Assembly: GCA_014729775.1 (NCBI GenBank)
Contig: WJJJ01000007.1
Coordinates: 94,302-158,301 of the forward strand
From: Candidatus Omnitrophota bacterium
GTDB taxonomy: Bacteria > Omnitrophota > Gorgyraeia > Duberdicusellales > 4484-171
Direction: 5' to 3'
Length of the DNA: 64,000 nt
Shown: one piece after another, positions 29,553 through 37,244 of the stretch
How the letters are laid out: each line of letters begins with the position of its first letter
How positions within the stretch are numbered: the stretch's first letter is position 1
The notes under the pieces: model-generated
The model's database searches: none
Seen by the model: the letters and a program-made list of their open reading frames with translations, nothing else
Told to the model about the DNA's origin: nothing
Translations under genes and position numbers: made by a program

Positions 29553-30686
29553 ATGCCGCGGAAACACTTTTGGGTATTCTGTCTGCTTTTTTTTACTCTT
29601 TCGTTCGGGGTCGCCGCGACGGCTGCGCTGGTTCCGTCGATCGCGGAGTATTTCGGACGGCCGAAAGAGGAGGCGATCAGGCTTACCTGGTTGTATATGC
29701 TTCCTTACGGCATTTTCGCGTTGTTCTGGGCTCCCCTCACCCGGGTAGTGAGAATAAAGACGCTGCTGACCTGCGCAACCGCGGGGTTTTCCGTCGCGGC
29801 GTTCCTGTTCAGTTTTGCGCCGACGTTGCCTCACGCGTTTCTCTACCGGTTTCTCATGGGGAGTTTCGGGTGCAGTTTTGTGCCGTTGTCGCTGATCGCG
29901 GTCGGCAAAACGGTCGATTCCGGCAAAAAAGGGAAATACATCGGAACGTTTTTTTCTCTTTCCTGGGTGTCGACGCTGATCAGCGTGTTCCTCAGCGGGT
30001 TCATTCCCTGGAGAATGATTTATCTTGTGCCTGCGGTGCTGGCGCTGTGCGCCTGTCTGTTGGTCCGCCTGTGGCTGGAAGATCTGGATTTCCGCCAGAA
30101 AGGGGTCGGGGTCAGTTATCTGAGGACTTTGCGCGATCCGGCGGCGTTTTCTTTCTTTCTGGTGATCATGGCCGGAAGTTTCTTGTATCACGGGGTGCAG
30201 CAGCGCCTGGGGATGTTTTTTGCGGACGCGTTTTCATTACGCCAGGTGGTGATCAGCAGTATTTATACGCTGGCTACGCTGAGCGCGATCGTGTTTGAAT
30301 TTACCGGAGGGCACCTGTGCAGTCGGTTCGGGAATATCCCGGTCACCCGCGTCGGGTTTTTCGTCATGAGCGGATTTATTCTGCTTTTGTTGTGTTCGCG
30401 GCAAATGCCGGTGCTGATCTGGAGCATTCCTCTTTGGGGCGCGGGATGGGCGTTGACCCACGTGGGGATCTCGTCGCGGTTGACCGATTTTCCCGATCAG
30501 GTGATGCGTGACGCGTCGAGTTTGAACAGTTCCCTGCGGTTTACCTTCGGGGGGCTGGGCGCGTTCGCCGGCGGGCTGTTATTGAACATAGTGGGATTCG
30601 GTTTTCTTTTTCTGATAATGGGAACGGGGATTGTTCTGTTAGGCGCAGTGCTGCCCAAAATGTTAGGGAGGAGAGGTGCAACATGA
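29553..30686 (+). CDS. MFS transporter
   Basis: About 12 hydrophobic segments; Y.LPYG..AL.W.PL and RFL.G MFS-like loops. Confidence 0.85.
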   Translation: MPRKHFWVFCLLFFTLSFGVAATAALVPSIAEYFGRPKEEAIRLTWLYMLPYGIFALFWAPLTRVVRIKTLLTCATAGFSVAAFLFSFAPTLPHAFLYRFLMGSFGCSFVPLSLIAVGKTVDSGKKGKYIGTFFSLSWVSTLISVFLSGFIPWRMIYLVPAVLALCACLLVRLWLEDLDFRQKGVGVSYLRTLRDPAAFSFFLVIMAGSFLYHGVQQRLGMFFADAFSLRQVVISSIYTLATLSAIVFEFTGGHLCSRFGNIPVTRVGFFVMSGFILLLLCSRQMPVLIWSIPLWGAGWALTHVGISSRLTDFPDQVMRDASSLNSSLRFTFGGLGAFAGGLLLNIVGFGFLFLIMGTGIVLLGAVLPKMLGRRGAT

Positions 30687-31450
30687 AATCATTGGAAGGA
30701 AAAACGGCGATCGTGACCGGCGCCAGCGGCGGAATCGGACAGCAAATCGTGCGCAGGCTCGCGGCGCAGAAGATGAAAATCGTACTGGCCGCGCGGCGGA
30801 TGGAAGTACTTGAGGAGCTCAAATCCGGTCTCCCCGTGCCGGAAGACGCGGTATGCGTCAAATGCGACGTGACCGATCAGCGGAATCTGGAGGAACTTGT
30901 CGCCGCCGCGGTACGTTCCTTCGGGAAGATCGATGCCCTGATAAACGGCGCCGGCGTATCCAGTCAGCATCCGTTCTGGGAACAGCCGCTCGAAGATATC
31001 GGAAAGATTATGTATACCAACTATTACAGTTATGTCATGCTTGCCCGTCTGGTGGTGAATCATATGAAAGACGCCGGCAGCGGACATATCGTAAACATTA
31101 CCAGCGGGTCGGTAATGGTGGACCCGCCGCCGCGTAATTTTATCGTGTATACCTCGCTGAAGGTCGCGCTGCGGGCGTTCGCCAAGGGGCTGTTCTGGGA
31201 AATGAGAGATTTCGGTATCAAGGTGACTTCTATTTTCCCCGGAGTGACCAAAACGCCTTTAACCGGAAAATTGAAAGAGGTCTCGAAAACACAGGAGAGA
31301 CTTATTGATCCGGCGGTCGTTGCCGATACCGTGGTGTTCGCGCTCCGGCAGCCGGCCAATGCCTGTCCTTTGGAGCTGGCGGTGATCAACCAGCAGACTC
31401 CCTGGACCAAGCCGGTCATTCCGTTTTCGCAGGACCATCCGGAAGAATAA
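30683..31450 (+). CDS. Short-chain dehydrogenase/reductase (candidate ketoreductase)
   Basis: TGASGGIG, CDVTD, NGAG, YTSLK (YxxxK) and PG. Confidence 0.9.
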   Translation: MKSLEGKTAIVTGASGGIGQQIVRRLAAQKMKIVLAARRMEVLEELKSGLPVPEDAVCVKCDVTDQRNLEELVAAAVRSFGKIDALINGAGVSSQHPFWEQPLEDIGKIMYTNYYSYVMLARLVVNHMKDAGSGHIVNITSGSVMVDPPPRNFIVYTSLKVALRAFAKGLFWEMRDFGIKVTSIFPGVTKTPLTGKLKEVSKTQERLIDPAVVADTVVFALRQPANACPLELAVINQQTPWTKPVIPFSQDHPEE

Positions 31451-31590
31451 AGAAGGAAGAGGCTGAGAGGGGAAGGAACAAAAGTGCAGAGATATCAAAG
31501 TATCGCGTTTGATTTTTTGCGTGCCGGCGGCCCGGCAGGAAGTTTTCGTTTGATGTGCTCACAGAAGAAAAAATAAAAAAGGAGGAGATG

Positions 31591-33051
31591 ATGAAGGTTT
31601 TATTCGTTTCACCGAAACTCGGTGCATGGGCTACTCACGGAGAACACCGGGCGCCGAACCAGCTCTACGCGCAATGGGCCGCGTATATCCGGCAGCAGGG
31701 CTATGAAGATCTGGAAGTGCTGGATTGTAAGGCCTGGGATATTCCCATGGACGCAATGGTGGAAGAGGTCAAAAAAAAGAAACCGGATGCGGTGGTGTTG
31801 GGCGACATGCTGCATTCCTACGGAGGATTCGCGATCTTGTGGTATTTCAACGAAACCGCTTCGCGGATCAAGCATGCGCTGCCGCAGACCAGGATTATTG
31901 TCGGAGGGCTTTGGTATTCATCGATGCCGACGGAAACACTAAAGCAGAATCCCGCGATTGATTACGTGGTGATGGGAGAAGAGGAAGCGTTCTGCGAATT
32001 GATCGACGCGCTGGCAAAGGAGAAGTCAACCGAAGCGATTCCCGGGGTGACTTCGAGGATTGACGGGAAAGTCGTGCTGGGGCCGCACCGTCCTCTGCGG
32101 ATGGATCTGGATTCTCTTCCTTTGCCGGCCTATGATTTGTTTCCGATGGACAAATACGTCGGCCATACGCACTGGAAGCCGTTCGTGGAAATGGTAACCT
32201 CACGGGGCTGTCCCTCGGCCTGTACGTTTTGCTACGAGTGGGACCAGTATGATCCCCGGCACCCGGAAGATTTCCTCAAATGGCGGGCCAAGTCCCCGGA
32301 ACGGGTGATCGAGGAGCTGGAGTTACTGCACACGAAGTTCGGCACTAAGGTGGTGGTCATCCAGGACGATAACTTTAACGTGAATCCCGACCGCGTGAAG
32401 CGGTTTTGCGAATTGAAGAAAGAGCGGAATATTCCGGTCAAATGGGTGTCACTGGGCCGTGCAGTGGATTGGATCAACTGCGAGAAAATTCTTCCGCTCA
32501 TGAAAGAAACCGGGATGTTTATCGGAGTGTTCGGGATCGAAGTGACGACTCCCGAAGAATTAAAGCAGATCGCCAAAGGGATCACGGTTGAGCAGATCCA
32601 GAAAACCGTGGAAATTCTTCGCGCCAATGATATCGCGATCGTTGCCGATATCATGATGGGGTTTGACGACGATACCGAACAGCGGATTAAACAACGTTAC
32701 GAATTTACCGACAAAGTCGATCCCGACATTCTTTGGATCGGATACGTCACGCCCGCGCCGAATTCGCCGATTTGGCGGCAGCGGGTGAAACGGGGGGAGA
32801 TCGATCCGTCCAAGATCGATTTCCTGAAGTGGGATTTTCTCCATCCGGTAATGGATACCCCGCATCTGACGGTGGATGATTACGGCCGGTTGGGCGCATG
32901 GTGCATGCGGGAATTTTATTCGAAACCCGGGCGCATCCAGCGGATCATGACCAGTGATTTTGACGAACTCGCGAAACTGTGTTTCCAGGACGTGATGCGC
33001 GGAGTTTCGAAATGGGAAGAAGGAGCAGTGAAGGGAGAGAAACACATCTGA
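31591..33051 (+). CDS. Cobalamin-binding radical SAM enzyme
   Basis: N-terminal B12-binding-like domain (VGG, DYVV.GE) and SRGCPSACTFC CxxxCxxC motif, DDNF, GIE; SD AAGGAGG before ATG 31588/31591. Confidence 0.92.
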   Translation: MKVLFVSPKLGAWATHGEHRAPNQLYAQWAAYIRQQGYEDLEVLDCKAWDIPMDAMVEEVKKKKPDAVVLGDMLHSYGGFAILWYFNETASRIKHALPQTRIIVGGLWYSSMPTETLKQNPAIDYVVMGEEEAFCELIDALAKEKSTEAIPGVTSRIDGKVVLGPHRPLRMDLDSLPLPAYDLFPMDKYVGHTHWKPFVEMVTSRGCPSACTFCYEWDQYDPRHPEDFLKWRAKSPERVIEELELLHTKFGTKVVVIQDDNFNVNPDRVKRFCELKKERNIPVKWVSLGRAVDWINCEKILPLMKETGMFIGVFGIEVTTPEELKQIAKGITVEQIQKTVEILRANDIAIVADIMMGFDDDTEQRIKQRYEFTDKVDPDILWIGYVTPAPNSPIWRQRVKRGEIDPSKIDFLKWDFLHPVMDTPHLTVDDYGRLGAWCMREFYSKPGRIQRIMTSDFDELAKLCFQDVMRGVSKWEEGAVKGEKHI

Positions 33052-33062
33052 CGAATCGTGAA

Positions 33063-33108
33063 GATCCTTGATTCCTGATCCAGGATCCCGAATCAAGGAT
33101 CGAGCATC
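33063..33108 (+). repeat. Heptamer-periodic palindromic element (hairpin)
   Basis: gatcctt gattcct gatccag gatcccg aatcaag gatcgag; perfect 12-bp inverted repeat GATCCTTGATTC (33063-74) / GAATCAAGGATC (33090-101). Confidence 0.8.
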
Positions 33109-33116
33109 TATTTATT

Positions 33117-34034
33117 ATGATTTGCGACGCGCACATTCATTACATTCCGCAAGAGCTTTCCGAGCATACTTCGTTTTACCGCGGAGTATGGACGCGCAGG
33201 GATGCGTTGTACCGTTATCTGGAGGAGGAAGGGATCGAACGGGCCCTGCTGGTATATCCTTCCACCGACGCTCATCTCAAGATCGGGATTCGGGACACCG
33301 TGCGGATGTATAACTCCGCGGCCGAACGGGTGATGCGGGATAATCCCAAAGTGCTCGCGGCGGCCTTGGTAAATCCGCACGAACGGGATTCTCTGGAGGT
33401 GCAGATTGATTCCCTTGCGCGGCGGGGATTCCGGGCGGTCAGCCTGAGTTCAAGTTACGAGGGCAAGTTTCTGGTGCGGGAACTGTTTCCGCTTTTTGAC
33501 GCCGCCGCCCGGCATCAAATGGCGGTGTACATTCATCCTCAGACCATTAACCCGATCGGTTTTGAACGGGTCAAAGATCCGCTGCTGATGCCGGTTCTTG
33601 AATACAGCTTTGACCTTTCGATGTGCATGGGATTAATGATGATGGAAGGGGTGTTTTCCCGCTTTCCCCTGCCGTTTGTGTTTTCCTCGCTGGGCGGAGT
33701 GATTCCCCTGCTCGCCGGCCGTTTCGATCGGGTGTATGCGATGCTGCGCGCGCGGGGATACGTGAAGGATTTAGGCCGGCCGCCCACGGAAATCCTGGGC
33801 ACGGTGTATGTTGATATTTCCGGAGCGACGCCCGCGACGCTGGCGTTGGCCCGAGATCTTTACGGGGATGACCGTCTTCTCTGGGGTTCCGATTATCCGG
33901 TACACGCCGATGCGGACCGGCGCGGTGCGTTACTGGCGGATGTTCCCGCGGCCGCCAGGCGTAAAATTCAGCGGGAGAATTTTTTTGCGGTGTTCGGTAT
34001 GACGATTCCGCCGGGAAAAAAGGAGCGGGAATGA
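33117..34034 (+). CDS. Amidohydrolase_2 family protein (ACMSD / aromatic-acid decarboxylase-like)
   Basis: DAHIH, YIHP, LGG.IP...R.D, YVD and LWGSDYP. Confidence 0.82.
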   Translation: MICDAHIHYIPQELSEHTSFYRGVWTRRDALYRYLEEEGIERALLVYPSTDAHLKIGIRDTVRMYNSAAERVMRDNPKVLAAALVNPHERDSLEVQIDSLARRGFRAVSLSSSYEGKFLVRELFPLFDAAARHQMAVYIHPQTINPIGFERVKDPLLMPVLEYSFDLSMCMGLMMMEGVFSRFPLPFVFSSLGGVIPLLAGRFDRVYAMLRARGYVKDLGRPPTEILGTVYVDISGATPATLALARDLYGDDRLLWGSDYPVHADADRRGALLADVPAAARRKIQRENFFAVFGMTIPPGKKERE

Positions 34035-34837
34035 TCGTATACGTGAACGGCTCTTTTCGCGATCAAAGTGCCTGCGGAGAAGTGTATGAACCCGGCTTTC
34101 TTTTCGGATGGGGATTGTTTGAAACCATGCGGGTCTACGGCGGCAAGCTTCCTTTTCTCCATCTGCATCTGGAGCGGTTGAAACGCGGCATGGGCCTGGT
34201 GCGTCTGGAACCGGTTTCATGTGAATGGGAACATACGCTGCAGGAAACACTGCGGCGCAACGAGATAGACGAAGGATACGTGCGTATTTCTGTGTATAAA
34301 CGGAAGGAAGGAACCGGGGTAAGCATATATGCGGCGCCGTTTCGATATTACGGTCCGCAGATGTATGAACGCGGGGTTGATCTTTTCTTTTCTCCCTGTA
34401 CGAGGCATCCCGGCGAGATTGCGTCGCGGGTCAAGTCGATGAGTTATCTGCAGAACCGTCTTGCCTGGCTCCAGGCCCAGGAACAGGGATGCGCTGAGGC
34501 GCTCATGGCCGGTCCCTGCAGAACACTGCTCGGCGGCGCCCGGAGTAATGTGTTTATCGTCCGTCACGGGGAAACAGTTACCCCGGCGGCCCGGGACGGG
34601 GCGTTTGAAGGGGTGACCAGGAAAGTCGTGCTGGATATGCTGAGCGATTTAAAGATACCGTTTCGGGAAGGGAAGGTATCTGCCGGCGATGTGTATGCCG
34701 CCGACGAGGTATTTCTTACCAGCGCGCTCATGGAGATCATGCCGGTCGCCCGCTGCGGACGGCTTGAGGTAGGAACGCGGGAGAAAACCGTGATCCCGGC
34801 ATTGCGCGCCCGGTATCGGGAGATTGTGTATGAGTAA
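34031..34837 (+). CDS. PLP fold-type IV aminotransferase/lyase (BCAT / D-AAT / ADC-lyase family)
   Basis: G.GLFETMR, HLERL, KSMSY (PLP Lys), SNVF, GVTR and ADEVFLTSA. Confidence 0.88.
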   Translation: MIVYVNGSFRDQSACGEVYEPGFLFGWGLFETMRVYGGKLPFLHLHLERLKRGMGLVRLEPVSCEWEHTLQETLRRNEIDEGYVRISVYKRKEGTGVSIYAAPFRYYGPQMYERGVDLFFSPCTRHPGEIASRVKSMSYLQNRLAWLQAQEQGCAEALMAGPCRTLLGGARSNVFIVRHGETVTPAARDGAFEGVTRKVVLDMLSDLKIPFREGKVSAGDVYAADEVFLTSALMEIMPVARCGRLEVGTREKTVIPALRARYREIVYE

Positions 34838-35765
34838 TCCGTCCGGGAAGTTCCAAAGTCCGTTGCTGTTTCCGGTACGGCTCAACCGGGATTCTCTCAC
34901 GGTGCTGGACGAGACCGCCCTGCCGTTTGAGGAAAAATATCATGAGGTGAGGGACCTTGCCGCGGCCGAGAAACTCGTGCGCGAGATGAAAACCCGGTCG
35001 TTAGGACAGGTGCTGTTGTTCTTCGGCTGCGCGGTGTTGTGGGAAAACCGGGTTTCACCCGAGGAGATCGCCCGGCGCATGCACCGGGCGCGGCCTACGT
35101 TCGATTTCGAGTATCTGGCCCGGCTCCTGCGTGCATGGCAGCGGCGGGGAGTTCCCTACCGGACCGCAACGGAGCGGTTCCTCGCCGGATTCGACGCTGC
35201 CCGAAAAGCGCGGGCCGACGAGCTTGCTTCCCTGCTTCCTTCGCCGGCGAATGTGCTGACAATCTGCAACGTGAACGGAGAACTTCTCTATTTGGCGCAG
35301 GCACTGAGCACGCGCAGTGTTCCCGTGCATGTGTATGTGGCAGAAACCAGGCCTTATTTGCAGGGTAGTCGTCTTACCTTTTGGGAGCTTCAGCGTGCCG
35401 GCGTGCCCTCGACACTGTTGTGCCAGTCGCAGGCGGCGGAGATAATGCAGCAGGACACGGTGAATGCCGTCGTGACCGGAGCCGATCGCGCGACTGTCCG
35501 GGGCGATATTATGAACAAGATCGGCACGTACGCGCTGGCCCGCTGCGCGCGGTATTTTAATATTCCGGTGTATGCGTTAACGCAGTATCCCCGGGACGTT
35601 GATATCGACCGGATCCCTCTGGAAGAGCGTCCGCCGGAAGAGGCGTTTCTCTTTTTACCGGATTCCTATCCCCGGGTAGATGCCGTGTATCCGGCGTTCG
35701 ATGTGACCAAAAAGGAATATCTCACCCGGTCTGTCGAATTGAAGGTGTCCAGTGAAATTAGCTGA
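34830..35765 (+). CDS. Methylthioribose-1-phosphate isomerase (MtnA/eIF2B)-like protein, divergent
   Basis: LDETALP, RPT, TICN, ETRPYLQGSRLT.WEL, GADR...GD..NKIGTY and PAFDVT. Confidence 0.85.
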   Translation: MSNPSGKFQSPLLFPVRLNRDSLTVLDETALPFEEKYHEVRDLAAAEKLVREMKTRSLGQVLLFFGCAVLWENRVSPEEIARRMHRARPTFDFEYLARLLRAWQRRGVPYRTATERFLAGFDAARKARADELASLLPSPANVLTICNVNGELLYLAQALSTRSVPVHVYVAETRPYLQGSRLTFWELQRAGVPSTLLCQSQAAEIMQQDTVNAVVTGADRATVRGDIMNKIGTYALARCARYFNIPVYALTQYPRDVDIDRIPLEERPPEEAFLFLPDSYPRVDAVYPAFDVTKKEYLTRSVELKVSSEIS

Positions 35766-36222
35766 TATCGATCAGGGAATATTGGTGTGGGGTCCCGTAT
35801 CGGAGGAAGGTCTCGATCGTCTCCAGGCCGAAGGCCGGCTGGCGGTGGCGGCTGAATGCCGGCCTTTTCTGGTGGGACTCAGGTATAATGTTCCGCGGTT
35901 GCAGGCCCGGGGAATCCGGTTCGTGTATTGTCCGGATGAAGCGGTCGGGCTGCTTTGCGGACAGGGACGGCTTGGAAAAACATTTTTGTTTCTCCGGCGC
36001 TTCGATCGGGATACGTTGACGGGGTTAAGCGGCGTGGGGCTGGCGTATGTGCTCAGCCGGCTCCACGGAATTACGATCGAGGAATTTCTTCAGGGACCGC
36101 TTCCGGCGGAGAACTGGGATCCGGACGCGGCAACGCTCGCGAACAAGCCGGTACTTCCCTCCATCGTCCCCCCGGGCAAGGTGAGAAGCCGTGAGACGGA
36201 AATGGTAAGGAGAATCCGATGA
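35752..36222 (+). CDS. Hypothetical protein resembling a degenerate MtnA/eIF2B C-terminal domain
   Basis: AECRPFLVG...L...GI...CPDEAVGLL parallels the ETRPYLQG...L...GV...CQSQAAEIM segment of the upstream gene. Confidence 0.55.
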   Translation: MKLADIDQGILVWGPVSEEGLDRLQAEGRLAVAAECRPFLVGLRYNVPRLQARGIRFVYCPDEAVGLLCGQGRLGKTFLFLRRFDRDTLTGLSGVGLAYVLSRLHGITIEEFLQGPLPAENWDPDAATLANKPVLPSIVPPGKVRSRETEMVRRIR

Positions 36223-37211
36223 CCGAAGAAAAGAAAAAGACCGAGATCATCCGCTGGGCCGAACGGCTCAACCAACGAGGACTGGTAAGCGCGCGCAGCG
36301 GGAACCTGTCCTGTAAAGACGGACGGGGAAATCTTTTCGTGACCGCGCACGACAGTTATTTGGGGGATCTTTCTCCGCAGGAGATTGTGCGGATAGATCT
36401 TGCCGGGAAAAAAATCGAGGGAGGACCCGATCCGACCAGCGAGAGTTCCCTGCACTGCGGTATCCACCGGAGATTTCCGGAAATGGATGCGGTAGTGCAC
36501 GCCCATTCTCCGTGGACGACGGCGTTCTTTCATTATTACCGGACACTGGAGATTTTTTCGTTCGAAGCCCGTTTCTACCTGGGACAGCTTCCCGTGATCG
36601 CGCAGGAAACCCCTACCGTGACCGATCCCGAGCCGGTACTGAACGCGCTGGACACGGCGAATATCGTGGTGTTACAGCATCACGGAGTAGTCACCGCGGG
36701 GAAAGACTTCCGGGAAGCCGCAAGTCTCGTCGAGTTGCTCGAAGAGCAGGCACGGGTAAACCTGATGCTTCGTCGTCCTTTTGCCGATGCGGAGAAAGAG
36801 GATTCGCCGGACCGGGAGGAGGCCGTGCAGAAAAAAACGTACCCCATGCTTTCGGTTGCGCACCGTGAGCGGCTCGCGGAAATCGTGAATGGGGACGAAG
36901 AGGTGCAGCGGCTCGGCCGGAAGTACGGTCTTACCTGTACCCTGGCGGTTAGAAATCAGGAAAACGGGAAAACGATGAGGTTTCAATATCAACGGGGGCG
37001 GATTATCAGCGTCGATGAAGCGCGGGACGCCGAATTCGTCATCATAGGGAATGAACCGGTGTTGAAAAAAGTGTTTAACCGGCAGCTGGATCCATTTGTC
37101 GCGTTGACCCAGGGGAAGGTAAAAACAAAAGGTGATTTTTCCAAGATGAGCCGGTGGTATCCGGTGATGGTGCGGACCTTCCAGTTATGGGAGCAGGCAC
37201 CGGTTGAATAA
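36219..37211 (+). CDS. Class II aldolase/adducin domain fused to a C-terminal SCP2 (sterol carrier)-like domain
   Basis: SGNLS, PTSE..LH, VHAHS and LQHHG metal ligands; C-terminal AEFVI.G......VF..QLDPFVALTQGKVKTKGD SCP2 signature. Confidence 0.85.
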   Translation: MTEEKKKTEIIRWAERLNQRGLVSARSGNLSCKDGRGNLFVTAHDSYLGDLSPQEIVRIDLAGKKIEGGPDPTSESSLHCGIHRRFPEMDAVVHAHSPWTTAFFHYYRTLEIFSFEARFYLGQLPVIAQETPTVTDPEPVLNALDTANIVVLQHHGVVTAGKDFREAASLVELLEEQARVNLMLRRPFADAEKEDSPDREEAVQKKTYPMLSVAHRERLAEIVNGDEEVQRLGRKYGLTCTLAVRNQENGKTMRFQYQRGRIISVDEARDAEFVIIGNEPVLKKVFNRQLDPFVALTQGKVKTKGDFSKMSRWYPVMVRTFQLWEQAPVE

Positions 37212-37244
37212 AGAGCGGAGAAATCAGCCAAAGGAGTCGAGACC

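Noticed and set aside
31451-31590. Cobalamin riboswitch upstream of the B12 radical SAM
   Set aside because: Only a 6-bp hairpin (TGCCGG/CCGGCA, 31522-31537) is visible; no B12-box or other consensus elements
31591-33051. BchE (anaerobic Mg-protoporphyrin cyclase) or photosynthesis role, suggested by B12 radical SAM plus a PCP_red-like gene
   Set aside because: No other bch/chl genes are present; the domain architecture is shared by many class B radical SAMs
33063-33108. CRISPR array
   Set aside because: Heptamer periodicity without spacers, and no cas genes in the window
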